Assembly: GCA_965222115.1 (NCBI GenBank) | Contig: CBDCTJ010000007.1 | Span: 1,728,001 to 1,792,000 of the forward strand | Reading direction: 5' to 3' | Source: Planctomycetota bacterium | GTDB taxonomy: Bacteria > Planctomycetota > PLA2 > JAEUHO01 | DNA: 64,000 nucleotides | In this document: piece after piece, positions 40,101 to 49,833 of the stretch | Layout: each line of letters opens with the position of its first letter | Position numbering within the stretch: position 1 is the stretch's first letter | Program-made: the position numbers and the translations under genes | Notes under the pieces: model-generated | Databases searched by the model: none | What the model was told of the DNA's origin: nothing | The model's input: only the letters and a program-made list of their open reading frames with translations

Positions 40101-40609
40101 TACTTGGCAAAGAGGCCAACGTTACGGAGCTGCTCAAGTCGCTCGATCGCAAAGAGCGCTGGCGTTCCGTTCACTTGGCATGCCACGGCGTTGTGGATCC
40201 ATCGCGGCCCTTGCTTTCGAGCCTTGTGATTTCGGCCGATGAGCAACACGACGGCTACGTGTCGGCATTGGATCTACTTCATATTGACGTTCGTGCCGAC
40301 CTAGCGGTGTTGTCGGCCTGCGAAACCGCTAAAGGCAAAGTGTATCGAGCGGAAGGCGTCGTTGGATTGACCAGCGCGTTTATGGCATCCGGCGCACGGC
40401 GCGTGATCACGTCGCTTTGGCGCGTTGACGATTCCGCGACCAAAGCGCTGATGACAAAGTTCTATGCGCTTTGGAATCCCAAAGACGGCACGCCGGGATT
40501 GCCTACCGCCGAGGCACTCAAGCAGGCCCAGGCGCATGTGCGAAGTCACCCAAAATGGGCGCATCCCAAGTTCTGGGCAGCGTGGGTTCTTTGGGGATTA
40601 CCTGAGTAA
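37181..40609 (+). CDS. Exported TPR + CHAT (caspase-like clan CD) protease
   Basis: Signal peptide (…CAPAAA-KE), many TPRs, intact dyad motifs VHLACHG and LAVLSACET, plus SLWRVDD and HPKFWAAW. Confidence 0.92.
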   Translation: MSVIRSFRVALYAVTPIALIAIFVCAPAAAKETPANDSPGVVAKRLRAALHSGDDDVLTEIAKNPDNDPWRLISEVALLSLDDAEAFANVVKVHRTKEVDKLVDYVKRLRQDDALSSEKRSKRRATHRAAQEAYKRRELEEAHRLLKDVESWPLDVESLDAIEQLAFVEFRMRTGRFYELLARVATDAESLGWLRRAAATHKRLANYYSMGKRTAITIDSLKRAGALYASIGDDAASCRALSHAAAVLIGVGQQEEAGSILASSLPAARRVGDKTVLARHLLALARIRVQAGTLDHALELCNEAWDLCKDSDDHVAKSAIQQQFALLAGERGNRESLYTHYANAIAFAERAGNSDILADMLTKTANNHLVDHRPKEALPFLRRARRAAQKVRSPAVLVRVNVSLATVHDALGNRDASRRALHEAKRGVERCPATSQVWFTATIGAIHRRLGHYAEAIHLLEKAVDLGDSLKQDVGHVWVELGHSHVACRNLDAALQCYSQAQSSATRQGNKAVLRGATLGLGSVAFMRDDMPAAAKAFRTVFRDPNAKPGMAYSAGSLLAQCMARMGNDKVALALVQETERAWASTSLPPHVNGIDFTRGQVERSIGDHAAALASFRRAYEVNRRMGYLRSQSMAAGGISGALFALGKKNEALTWARRAVDVGDAMTAPLASVDAHRARDTFRPFYEFGVSSAAELGDVNSLLYLAEHGRARAIRESLAERQHVERATLGVEEQQRLDEARRRVTELRKKLERQSVDSTSDASKRHAAELIKAQESLIRITASLERSRASAHGGTCPIIDDPDDVQATVRSDEALVTFVEGAGETLALVFTDKTTRIVRVGSTKTIEQLVSPLLENHGGGLHAKSIATLSKRLVEPLELGDKKTVIVSPSGALAYVPMALLMPRRHVAHVPSAMSHVMLRSEVPTSGTGVLALGDARYNAPSAGDMKSLAWRSEPLSPLPASGDEARAVGDTVLLGKEANVTELLKSLDRKERWRSVHLACHGVVDPSRPLLSSLVISADEQHDGYVSALDLLHIDVRADLAVLSACETAKGKVYRAEGVVGLTSAFMASGARRVITSLWRVDDSATKALMTKFYALWNPKDGTPGLPTAEALKQAQAHVRSHPKWAHPKFWAAWVLWGLPE

Positions 40610-40755
40610 AACTGCGTCACGGGGCGATTGGCTGGGCGTCGTTCCGTCTCACGGAAGGGGCACCGGGGTGTAGGCGCTGTGATTTAGAATCCCGGATTCA
40701 AGTCATTTCGGGCGTCCTATCAGCGGAACGTCCTGGCAGCGTCCGGGAGCGCGGC

Positions 40756-43026
40756 GTGATTCCAGACGTGGTTATCGATCAAGTGCGCGACGCACACGAC
40801 ATTGTCGAGATCGTATCCCGATTCACCCCGCTCAAGCGAATGGGGTCCGCGTACAAAGCGCTTTGTCCCATGCAGGGGCACGACGAGAAGACGCCGTCGT
40901 TCACGGTCAATCCGGGACGGCAAATCTATAAGTGCTTCGGATGCGGCCGTGGCGGCAACGTCTTCAGATTTCTCATGGAGATGCAGGGTCTCACCTTTGT
41001 TGAGGCAGTACGCGCGTTGGCCGAAGAGCGCGGCATTTCGCTTCCGAGCACCTCCGGAATCAAGGGTCCACCGCCCAACCGAAAGCGAAAGACGTTGCGC
41101 GCTCTATCATTGGCTCAGCGCTACTTTCACGCGTGCCTCCTGCGTGATGGCGAAGGCGATGTCGCGCGCGCTTACCTGACGAAGCGCGGCTACGACCTGT
41201 CGGCCATTCGGCAATTTGGCTTGGGCTACGCACCTGCATCGCGCCACGGGCTGATTGATGCACTTAGGAAACGTAGCGTAGACGAGCAAACGTTGTCAGA
41301 CGCCGGACTCATTTACGCGCGCGAAGGTGCCAAACCCGCTGCCGATCGTTTTGTACACCGTGTCATGTTTCCCGTTACGAACTTGCAAGGCCAAGTCGTT
41401 ACGTTTGGAGGCCGCGCGCTCAATCCCGAAGAACGCGCCAAGTACCTCAACGGTCCAGAGACATTCGTCTTTCATAAGTCGCAAACACTCTATGCACTTG
41501 ATCGTGCGCAAGGTCCGATTCGCAAGCGTGGTGAAGCGCTCATCATGGAAGGCTACACCGATGTGCTGATGTGCCACATGCATGGCTTTGATCATGCGGT
41601 GGCGGGCATGGGCACGGCGTTTACCGCTCAGCAGGCGCGGCTAATCAACCGTTTCGCGTCGCGTGCCCTGTTGCTCTACGACGCGGATGACGCTGGACAA
41701 AAGGCCGCCGAGCGCGCCGTGGAGATCCTTTTGGAGGCAGGCCTGGAAGTGCGTGTCGTTGTCTTGCCTGAGGGGCGCGACGTGGACGAGATCTTGCTCG
41801 AAGACGGGAGTGATGCGCTCGACAGGATCCTCGGCGGGGCGCTCAACCTCTTTGATTACAAGATCGTGAGGTTGGGCCGTGAACATGATTTGCGAACGCC
41901 GCGCGGTCGTGCGGCCGTTGTGGAGGCGCTTGCGCCCACCATTGTCCGGGTGCGCAGCCCGGTGGAGCGCGAACAGCTCATTCGCCACGTCGCCGAACGA
42001 ATCGGCGGGGATCGGGAGCAGGTCACGACCGAGCGACTCCTGCGAGCCGAGGCGGCGCGCGTCGTTCAGTCTGAGCAGCGCATTGCCCGTCGCCGATCGC
42101 GCCGTTCTGCCCCACGTGCTGCGCGATCGTCTGCGAACGACGCGACTCAAGTGCTCAGCGACGAGGAGCGCACGCGTCGCGAGAGCCGTTCGCGCGATGA
42201 ACTCGATCTGTTGGGCGGTTGCTTTGTGTCGCGGGAACTGCTTGATGCGGTGGCGCGCGCCATGGGCCCCGAGGACTTTGTGCACCTCGCCCATCGCCGT
42301 GCCTACGAGGGGGTCTTGGCCGAGCTCGATGCGGGTCGTGTGGAATCGGGACAGCCCATGGAACTTCATCGCCTCTTGAAGCGTTTTATGGGGGATCCCG
42401 AGGTTTTGAACGTGCTGACAGCCCTGCCAGATGATGCTGCTCTCGACGAGCGTGTGACGTTTCAGATCGAGTTTGTCGAGAAAGATCGTCTCCGAAAGAA
42501 CCGCTTTGCGCGCCTCAAAGCCCGGTTGCGGGAGGGCGCGGAGGCGCCCGCGAATCCACCTCAGACGCTGCCTGCCTCGTCCGTTACGAACGCCATGACA
42601 GGAGCGAGCGGTGAGGGATCCGATCCGACGATGCGGCTCGAATCGCCGCTCGAGTCGCCGCAGAAAACAACAGAAATCTCAAAACGGGTCGTGGCGAATG
42701 ATGCGCAACCCTCGGCGGGGTGCGATCCTCTCGACACTGTACAATTGGATATTCAGGTGGAGTTTGACGAAGAAGGGTGTCCCGTGCTCGACGGCCCACC
42801 GGATGACGCAGAGGCGTACATCGCGGGTGTTGGCGACGAACAATGGATTACCCAAGAGGCATCGTCGACTTCATCGCGTTCATCGTCTGGTTCCGGCACT
42901 TTAACAAGCGGCACATCAGCAAGCAATACGAGTACATCAGACGATGTCTCCCTTGTTGTGGATGCTGACGCTCGTTCTTCCTCGTCAAGCGACCCGTCGT
43001 CCGATGCGAATGAGTCCAACGAGTGA
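40756..43026 (+). CDS. dnaG: DNA primase with a long acidic/Ser-rich C-terminal extension
   Basis: Zn-binding CP...H.EKTPSF...CFGC, RVMFP, FGGR, KYLNGPET, MEGYTDV, YDADDAG (TOPRIM). Confidence 0.95.
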   Translation: MIPDVVIDQVRDAHDIVEIVSRFTPLKRMGSAYKALCPMQGHDEKTPSFTVNPGRQIYKCFGCGRGGNVFRFLMEMQGLTFVEAVRALAEERGISLPSTSGIKGPPPNRKRKTLRALSLAQRYFHACLLRDGEGDVARAYLTKRGYDLSAIRQFGLGYAPASRHGLIDALRKRSVDEQTLSDAGLIYAREGAKPAADRFVHRVMFPVTNLQGQVVTFGGRALNPEERAKYLNGPETFVFHKSQTLYALDRAQGPIRKRGEALIMEGYTDVLMCHMHGFDHAVAGMGTAFTAQQARLINRFASRALLLYDADDAGQKAAERAVEILLEAGLEVRVVVLPEGRDVDEILLEDGSDALDRILGGALNLFDYKIVRLGREHDLRTPRGRAAVVEALAPTIVRVRSPVEREQLIRHVAERIGGDREQVTTERLLRAEAARVVQSEQRIARRRSRRSAPRAARSSANDATQVLSDEERTRRESRSRDELDLLGGCFVSRELLDAVARAMGPEDFVHLAHRRAYEGVLAELDAGRVESGQPMELHRLLKRFMGDPEVLNVLTALPDDAALDERVTFQIEFVEKDRLRKNRFARLKARLREGAEAPANPPQTLPASSVTNAMTGASGEGSDPTMRLESPLESPQKTTEISKRVVANDAQPSAGCDPLDTVQLDIQVEFDEEGCPVLDGPPDDAEAYIAGVGDEQWITQEASSTSSRSSSGSGTLTSGTSASNTSTSDDVSLVVDADARSSSSSDPSSDANESNE

Positions 43027-43164
43027 GGCATGTGAAACAGATTGTGGGCAATTGACGATGCGTCGGTGCATTCGTTTTGTGATGGCCGTGCGGTGAGCCA
43101 GGCCGCCATGTGCATCGTCACAAGACAAGAAGCCGTGTTTTCGTAGGTATGGAGTTGCGCGCGT

Positions 43165-44904
43165 ATGACCCGCAGAGTTGACCCCTTCGTTCCTCCGAAT
43201 CCGCTTGATGAAACGGAACCGGAAATCAAGGCGCTCATTGCCACCGGCAAGAAGCGCGGCTACCTCACGTACGAAGAGCTGAATACGGCCGAGCCCGAGC
43301 AAGCACCGTGTCCCGCCATGATGGACCGCATATTGCAAACGCTCGACCTGCACGTCATGACCGTCATGGACGGTGACGACGCACGCAAGATGGAGCGCGA
43401 TGCGGCGATCGCCCGTGGCGAACCTGTGGGTCCAGAACCGCATCGTCCCGGTCATGCGCCCGCGCCCAACGTCAACTTGAGCGGGTTGCGTGGCAGCAAT
43501 GGCCAGCGACTCAATCTCACGGTCACCACAGAAAAGATCGACGACCCCGTACGCATGTACCTCACGCAAATGGGCGAAATTCCGCTGCTCACGCGCGATG
43601 AAGAAATCAGTCTTAGTAAGAAGATCGAGATTACACGTAAGCGCTACCGTCACACGGTGTTGCAGGGCGGCGCCGGCATTGCGGCGGCGATTCGCATCCT
43701 GCGTGAAGTGGCTCGAGGCGATCAGGCCTTTGACCGTACCTTGCGCATTGGGACGGCCGATCCCGTAGACAAGGACGATCTCCAGCGTCGAATGCCTATG
43801 AACCTGCGCTCGCTTGAAAAGATGCTCAAGATCATGCGCGACGAGTTCACGCAAATCCAAGATCCCGAGATGGCGGTCCGCACGCGCGAGCGCATCGAGG
43901 CCAAGCTCCACCTACGCAGCCTCAAGGCTTTGAAGATGTTGGAAGAAGTGGCCATCCAAACCAAGAAGATCCGCCCCGTGCATGAGGAATGCTACGACTT
44001 GGCGGAAGAAGTTCGCGAGAATCGCCGGCGCATGCGCGACCTCAAGCGCCGTGGCGACTCCGAGGAAGAAATCAAAGAAGCCGGCGAGCGCCTCGACGAG
44101 ATCGCCATCCACACGTTGGAGTCCAACGACGACTTCCTCAAGCGCTGCGACGAGATCAAGCACCGTTTTGCTGAGTACGAAGAGGCCAAGAGAAAGCTAT
44201 CGAGCGGCAACTTGCGCCTTGTCGTATCGATCGCGAAAAAATATCGAAATCGCGGCCTGACTTTTCTCGATCTGATTCAGGAAGGCAACACCGGCCTCAT
44301 GAAGGCCGTTGAAAAGTACGAGTACCGCCGCGGCTACAAGTTCAGCACCTACGCCACGTGGTGGATTCGTCAGGCCATTACGCGTTCCATTGCCGATCAG
44401 GCGCGCACCATTCGCATTCCGGTGCACATGATCGAGACCATGTCCAAGATTCGCAATGTCACCAAGCGCTTGCTGCAGAAGCTCGGCCGCGAGCCCACCA
44501 TCGACGAGATCGCCACGTCGAGCGGCATCAGCGTGGAAGAGACCAAGCGGGTGATGAAGATCTCCAAGCACCCCATCAGCCTCGACCGTCCTATCGGCGA
44601 CTCCGAAGACAGCTACTTCGGTGATTTCATCGAGGACGAGCAGGCCGAGAGCCCGGTCAGCGCTGCCACTCACGAAATGCTGAAGGACAAGATCGACCAA
44701 GTCCTCCAGACGCTCACCTTCCGCGAGCGCGAGATTATCAAGCTTCGTTACGGCATCGGCGACGGCTACACCTACACCCTTGAAGAAGTCGGCAAGATTT
44801 TCAAAGTCACGCGCGAACGCGTCCGCCAAATCGAGGCCAAGGCCGTCCGCAAACTCCAGCACCCGGTGCGCGCTCGCAAACTGGAAGGGTTCTTGGAGAC
44901 GTAG
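43165..44904 (+). CDS. rpoD: Primary sigma factor sigma-70
   Basis: [84 protein letters not shown]. Confidence 0.98.
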   Translation: MTRRVDPFVPPNPLDETEPEIKALIATGKKRGYLTYEELNTAEPEQAPCPAMMDRILQTLDLHVMTVMDGDDARKMERDAAIARGEPVGPEPHRPGHAPAPNVNLSGLRGSNGQRLNLTVTTEKIDDPVRMYLTQMGEIPLLTRDEEISLSKKIEITRKRYRHTVLQGGAGIAAAIRILREVARGDQAFDRTLRIGTADPVDKDDLQRRMPMNLRSLEKMLKIMRDEFTQIQDPEMAVRTRERIEAKLHLRSLKALKMLEEVAIQTKKIRPVHEECYDLAEEVRENRRRMRDLKRRGDSEEEIKEAGERLDEIAIHTLESNDDFLKRCDEIKHRFAEYEEAKRKLSSGNLRLVVSIAKKYRNRGLTFLDLIQEGNTGLMKAVEKYEYRRGYKFSTYATWWIRQAITRSIADQARTIRIPVHMIETMSKIRNVTKRLLQKLGREPTIDEIATSSGISVEETKRVMKISKHPISLDRPIGDSEDSYFGDFIEDEQAESPVSAATHEMLKDKIDQVLQTLTFREREIIKLRYGIGDGYTYTLEEVGKIFKVTRERVRQIEAKAVRKLQHPVRARKLEGFLET

Positions 44905-45083
44905 TTCAGTCATGGCGCCGGTGCACTGGCGTCGGTGCATCGGCGGCCGTGTCTTGTTCGAGTTGTGACGCTGCGAAAGGGCAGTCCGGGCGACCCGTGT
45001 GATTTCCCCCGCGCCATCCTTTGGTGTCGGGAGGCGTGCTGCTATTCATGGCGGGCTATGAGGTGTCCCGAGGTACCAACCGC

Positions 45084-45794
45084 ATGACAGCCGCCGCCGA
45101 CGAGGTCCTTCAACAGTTGATTGCCCTCGACGGGCTCGACGCCAGAATCTTGCGCCTCGACAAGCAACTCCAGCGCGCTCCCGGCAAACTAGCGGAACGC
45201 GAGAAGGCCGTGGTGGCCATCGACGCCAAGATCAAACTGCTCTCCGACAAGACGCAGGTGATTCGTACGCAGATTCGAATCAAAGAGAATGAGTACAAGA
45301 GCGTCGAAGAGAAGATCGAACGTATGAAGGAGCAATCCTCCGAACTCCGCAACAACAAAGAGTTCGTAGCGTTCAAGGCCGATCTATCCAACGCGCAGGC
45401 CGAATGTGATCGGTTGCTGCGCGAAGTCGACAAAATGCAAGACGTGGTCAATCTCGCCGATCAGAAGGTGAGTACGCTCACGGGGCAACGCGACGAAGAG
45501 GCGCTCAAGGTGGAGATGTTGCGGCAACAGACCCAGGAGAAACTGACTTCCGTACGAGACGAGAAGGAAGATCTGCTCGCTAAGCGCCCAGAGTTGCTCA
45601 AAGCCGTGCCCCACGAACCGCGCGCCCAGTACGAACGTGTGCGAATAGCGCGCGGGCGCGCGCTATCGGCATTGGAGGGCAACTACTGCTCGGCCTGCGG
45701 CGAAGTCCAGACGCGAAATGACGTCTACGCGGTGCAGAACCGTACGCGGCTGGTTCCCTGCAAGACGTGCAATCGCATCCTCTTTGTTGGATAA
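45084..45794 (+). CDS. Coiled-coil protein with a C4-type zinc ribbon (DUF164-like)
   Basis: Long coiled coil, then CSAC...CKTCNRIL. Common neighbour of rpoD. Confidence 0.88.
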   Translation: MTAAADEVLQQLIALDGLDARILRLDKQLQRAPGKLAEREKAVVAIDAKIKLLSDKTQVIRTQIRIKENEYKSVEEKIERMKEQSSELRNNKEFVAFKADLSNAQAECDRLLREVDKMQDVVNLADQKVSTLTGQRDEEALKVEMLRQQTQEKLTSVRDEKEDLLAKRPELLKAVPHEPRAQYERVRIARGRALSALEGNYCSACGEVQTRNDVYAVQNRTRLVPCKTCNRILFVG

Positions 45795-45881
45795 CGGCTT
45801 TGTCGGATAGAGGCTCCGGTGGTCGGGGGCATGAGGTAGGTGGGGCGTCGTTCGACATTGATCGTGATACAACGATAGGCC

Positions 45882-46466
45882 ATGAATCGCATCTGGATCA
45901 TGGGCACCACGGGCGCTGGAAAAACCACGTTGGGACGCACGCTAGGCGAGGTGCTCGACGCACCCTTCTATGACATGGACGAACTCTACTGGCGTCCCGG
46001 TTGGACGAACGCCACCGACGAAGAGGTGAACGAGCAACTGGATCGAATCGTCGCGTCGCCCACATGGGTCATTGCAGGCAACTACCGTCGCTTCCGCCGA
46101 CTGCGCATGCATCTTGTTGATCTTCCTGTGTGGCTCGATCTGCCATTCCACACGACCTATCGTCGTTTGCTGGGGCGCACGTGGCGCCGAGCTGTTCAAG
46201 GTGAACTGTGTTGCAATGGAAACTACGAGTCGATTCGCCGCACGCTTCTTAGCCCCGAGTCGATCCTCTGGTGGGGGGCCAAGACGTATCGCCCCCTTCG
46301 CCGTGCGCTTCACGACGAACAGTGGCCTGAGCCCTATGCGCGTCTGCGAACACCTCGCGACGTTGAACGATTCGTCCAATGCATACGCATGCGTGCCAGG
46401 CACAGCGACGTACGCCATCGGTGTGCCTGGCACCGAGGTGTATGGAAAAGTGACGAGGGGCCGTAA
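45882..46466 (+). CDS. Adenylate-kinase-like / topology modulation P-loop protein
   Basis: RIWIMGTTGAGKTT, MDELYWRPGW, WVIAGNY, WLDLP, CNGNYES. Confidence 0.85.
   Translation: MNRIWIMGTTGAGKTTLGRTLGEVLDAPFYDMDELYWRPGWTNATDEEVNEQLDRIVASPTWVIAGNYRRFRRLRMHLVDLPVWLDLPFHTTYRRLLGRTWRRAVQGELCCNGNYESIRRTLLSPESILWWGAKTYRPLRRALHDEQWPEPYARLRTPRDVERFVQCIRMRARHSDVRHRCAWHRGVWKSDEGP
46393..46433. repeat. 12-bp inverted repeat gtgccaggcaca / tgtgcctggcac, 3' of rnpB
   Basis: Perfect inverted arms at 46393-46404 and 46422-46433, each centred on CCWGG. Confidence 0.7.
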
Positions 46467-46845
46467 GCCGGGTTCTGTCCCAACAAGTGGGGATGACCAT
46501 CGATCTCGGACCGCCGTCTCCGACGGCCTCTAGCAACCTACCCGGAAGTACTGGCGGCGCGGGTCACGCCGCGTTCCTCGAAGGGAACTCCTTCACTCTC
46601 GGTTTCGCTCCTGGAGGGGTTTGTCGCGCCGGAGACGTCGCCGCTTCCGCGGTGGGCTCTTACCCCACCTTTCCACCCTTACCTGTGCTCATCCGAAGAC
46701 AAGCCATCGGCGGTTTAAGTTTCTATGACACTTTCCCTAGCTCGCGCTTGTGGGAGTTACCCACAATCCACGCCCTGTGGAGCCCGGACTTTCCTCGGCG
46801 CCCATGCAAGCACAGGCGACGCGGTCATCTAGGCCCGCTCGTCAC
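46450..46845 (-). ncRNA. rnpB: RNase P RNA (bacterial class A)
   Basis: Minus strand carries GAGGAAAGTCCGGGCTC and ACAGAACCCGGCTTA. Ends pair as P1 (gtgacgagcgggcc / ggcccctcgtcac). Confidence 0.96.
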
Positions 46846-46907
46846 CATGCAGCATAGTGCCCGTGGTGGGTCTGCAGTCATTCCCTCTGAGTGGTTGGAA
46901 GATGGGG

Positions 46908-47882
46908 CTACGAACCGCGGCGCGGTCTCGCACTTCCGGGCTTCCACTTGCGCGCCTTCTTGTTGTCGTTCCACCAGCGACGCCAGTCGCGCGGATCCGA
47001 TAGGTTCTGGCCCGTGAGTTCCTGCAGCGTGAACCGCAAGGTCTTGCCGTAGACCTTGTAGCGCTCGGTTGCCTGCGCGCGCGCAATGCGATCCTCTGGG
47101 CGGACCGACATCATGAGGTTGCGTGTGCTTGCGTAGAGATTGAGCAGCCGAAGCACCGCCTCCTTCTTGTGCTTGACCGGGACCGAGCGATAGGCCGCCA
47201 ATGCTTGGGCCGCTTCCGCCACTACGTCCGCCGGTTCGTCGCTGCGAATGAGCTCGGCGAGGGGTTCGATGGCGCTCGGATGATCAACGACCGCGAGTAC
47301 ATGAGCGAAACGCATGCGGGCATCGTTGTCTCGTCGGTAGCGCTTGTCGTCTAGCAGCTTAGTCAGAATCTTGACCATCGATTTGTCGCGATACTGTTCG
47401 ACCAGCGCAAAGGCCTTGTTGCGAACACCTTCATCGAGGATGGGCGCCGCGCGCAAGGCGGCGAGACCTGCCTCCGTGCCACGCAAAGAGGCCAGGGCAT
47501 CGAGGATCTTGTGAACCTCGTCGAGCTTCTTCTTGACGTGGGGGCTGCGCGCAAGTTTGCCGAGTCGGATGCGAAGATTCTTGATCGATCGCAGCCGGGC
47601 GGCGTCCATGCCTTGCTTGACGGTGTCCTTAACTTTCTTTTCAGAGACGCCGCCGTCTTCGTCTTCGGTCTCCGCCGCGGTGTCTTTTTCGAGTGCCTCG
47701 CCCTTTGCGGGTGCCTCGACGGCTGGTTCATCGGCCTTGGCGAAAGACGGGGCCACCCAGGCTGCAGTCAATGAGATCAGTCCGATGCCGAGTGCAAATC
47801 TCAGTGATTTGACGCTCAGCCGCGGCCACATGGGGACACTAGTAGGAAAGTCGCGCTGGGGGTCGGGCAGATGCTTGCTCAT
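46908..47882 (-). CDS. Exported HEAT-repeat protein
   Basis: GGAGG RBS, signal-like helix, HEAT-like repeats, C-terminal LQELTGQ..SDPRDWRRWW. Confidence 0.8.
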   Translation of the reverse strand: MSKHLPDPQRDFPTSVPMWPRLSVKSLRFALGIGLISLTAAWVAPSFAKADEPAVEAPAKGEALEKDTAAETEDEDGGVSEKKVKDTVKQGMDAARLRSIKNLRIRLGKLARSPHVKKKLDEVHKILDALASLRGTEAGLAALRAAPILDEGVRNKAFALVEQYRDKSMVKILTKLLDDKRYRRDNDARMRFAHVLAVVDHPSAIEPLAELIRSDEPADVVAEAAQALAAYRSVPVKHKKEAVLRLLNLYASTRNLMMSVRPEDRIARAQATERYKVYGKTLRFTLQELTGQNLSDPRDWRRWWNDNKKARKWKPGSARPRRGS

Positions 47883-47963
47883 GGAACCTCCTGCATCCTA
47901 ACGTTTCCTGTCGGGGCTTGCAGAGACCACCCGCAGTCCGCACTCAAATCGCACCGGAGGCCT

Positions 47964-49166
47964 ATGACAGCCGCCATCGACGCCCTAACACAACTACGCA
48001 GCGAGTTTCCCACGCTCGAATCGTCCACCTATCTCATTAGCAACTCGCTCGGCGCCATGCCGCGCGGCGCCCGACGCGATCTCGAGTCGTACGCCGACAT
48101 ATGGACCTCTCGTGGCGTGCGCGCGTGGGCCGAACGTTGGTGGGCACTTTCGGGTGAGGTTGGGGACACCATCGGCCAGCTCTTTCATGCCGAGCCCGGC
48201 ACGGTGTCGATGCATCAGAATGTAACCATCGCGCAGGCGATTCTCATTTCATGTTTCGACTGGAGCGGGAAACGCAACAAGGTCGTTTATACGAGCATGC
48301 AATTTCCGTCGATTGCCTACGTCTACGATCGACTCGCTAAGCCACTTGGCGCTGAGATTCACGTCGTGGATTCTCCCGATGGTATTGGTGTGCCCACGGA
48401 AGCCGTACTTGACGCCGTCGACGAAAACACATTGCTTGTGCCGATTAGTCACGTGCTATTTCGAAGCGCCTACATTCAAGACGCCAAAGCGATTTGCGAG
48501 AAAGCCGAACGCGTGGGTGCCCACGTTGTTCTCGATGCCTATCAGTCGATAGGTACGGTACCAACCGACGTGCGAGATCTTCGTTGTTCGTTCCTGGTGG
48601 GGGGCGTGCTCAAGTGGCTTTGCGGAGGGCCAGGCGGGGCCTACCTCTATGTGCGACCGGATCTTCGCGACACGCTTGAACCTAACTTCACTGGTTGGAT
48701 GGCACACCCACGGCCGTTCGCTTTTGAAGCAGCACCCATTGAATACACGGAAGGTGCGTATCGCTTCCTAAATGGAACGCCAAATGTGCCTGGCTTGTAT
48801 GCGGCACAGGCCGGCCCGAAGCTTGTGTCGCAAGCGGGCTTGGATGCGATTCGCGAGAAGAGCATGATTCAGACAGCCCACTTGGTAGAGCGCGCCGACG
48901 AGAAAGGCTGGCGTGTGACGGCGCCTCGCGATCCAGCGCGCCGAGGCGGTACGGTGGCTGTAGACGTTCCACACGCCGCCGCCGTGAAGCTCGAATTGCT
49001 GGAGCGCGATGTGGTCGTTGACTATCGACCCGGCGCGGGTATTCGCATTTCGCCCCACTTCTACAACACTATGGACGAGTGCGATCACGCGATCGATCAA
49101 ATCGACGACATTCTCGCGACCGGCGCTTGGAAGCGTCACGCCGACGCTGCGCCCACGGTTACGTAG
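47964..49166 (+). CDS. kynU: Kynureninase-like PLP enzyme (class V)
   Basis: YLISNSLGAMP, LDAYQSIG, GGVLKWLCGGPG, GW.AH..PF.F, RRGG. GGAGG RBS. Adjacent to kynB. Confidence 0.82.
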   Translation: MTAAIDALTQLRSEFPTLESSTYLISNSLGAMPRGARRDLESYADIWTSRGVRAWAERWWALSGEVGDTIGQLFHAEPGTVSMHQNVTIAQAILISCFDWSGKRNKVVYTSMQFPSIAYVYDRLAKPLGAEIHVVDSPDGIGVPTEAVLDAVDENTLLVPISHVLFRSAYIQDAKAICEKAERVGAHVVLDAYQSIGTVPTDVRDLRCSFLVGGVLKWLCGGPGGAYLYVRPDLRDTLEPNFTGWMAHPRPFAFEAAPIEYTEGAYRFLNGTPNVPGLYAAQAGPKLVSQAGLDAIREKSMIQTAHLVERADEKGWRVTAPRDPARRGGTVAVDVPHAAAVKLELLERDVVVDYRPGAGIRISPHFYNTMDECDHAIDQIDDILATGAWKRHADAAPTVT

Positions 49167-49170
49167 CCGC

Positions 49171-49809
49171 ATGAAAATTCACGACATATCACGCACACTA
49201 CGATCGACCATTGGCGTTTGGCCAGGGGATACACCATTTTCATTTGACTTTGTAGCGCGTATCGCCGAAGGGTCGTCGGTCAATGTCGGTCAAATCAAGA
49301 TGAGCGTTCATACTGGTGCACACATTGATGCGCCGCTGCACTTTGAAGACGGAGCGCCCGACGCGGCGTCCGTTCCCCTCGCCAACTACTACGGACCCTG
49401 CGTAGTACTCGATGCGCGACCGAGTGATCGTGGCATCTTGCCCGAGCATCTTAGTGACCATACTGAGGCGACCATTCGCAGCGCTCGTCGCGTGCTCATC
49501 CGCTCGTACGCCAAGCGGCCCCCGGGTTTCGATGAACACATGGCTCACGCCACGCCCGAACTTGCCGATTGGCTTGCGTCTTTGGGCGTAGTGCTTCTCG
49601 GCGTCGACTCCGACTCGATGGATGCCTTTGAGAGCAAAGAGCTGCCCGCGCATCATCAATTGCATCATCACGGTATTGCGATTCTTGAAGGTGTGGACTT
49701 GTCGAGGGTTTCACCGGGTACGTACACACTTTGCGCGTTGCCGCTCAAGATTGAAGGCGCAGATGGAAGTCCGGTTCGCGCCGTACTTATTGAAGACGCA
49801 CCGAATTAA
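49171..49809 (+). CDS. kynB: Kynurenine formamidase (cyclase family)
   Basis: VWPGDTPF, HTGAHIDAPLHF, GVDSDSMD, ILEG.DL, ALPLKIEGADGSPVRAVL. Confidence 0.87.
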   Translation: MKIHDISRTLRSTIGVWPGDTPFSFDFVARIAEGSSVNVGQIKMSVHTGAHIDAPLHFEDGAPDAASVPLANYYGPCVVLDARPSDRGILPEHLSDHTEATIRSARRVLIRSYAKRPPGFDEHMAHATPELADWLASLGVVLLGVDSDSMDAFESKELPAHHQLHHHGIAILEGVDLSRVSPGTYTLCALPLKIEGADGSPVRAVLIEDAPN

Positions 49810-49833
49810 CGGCACGTAAGTAGGGACGAGATC

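Noticed and set aside
42985-44940. Long - strand ORFs opposite rpoD
   Set aside because: Antisense shadows of a conserved gene.
46487-47017. 176-aa + strand ORF
   Set aside because: It is the antisense of rnpB.
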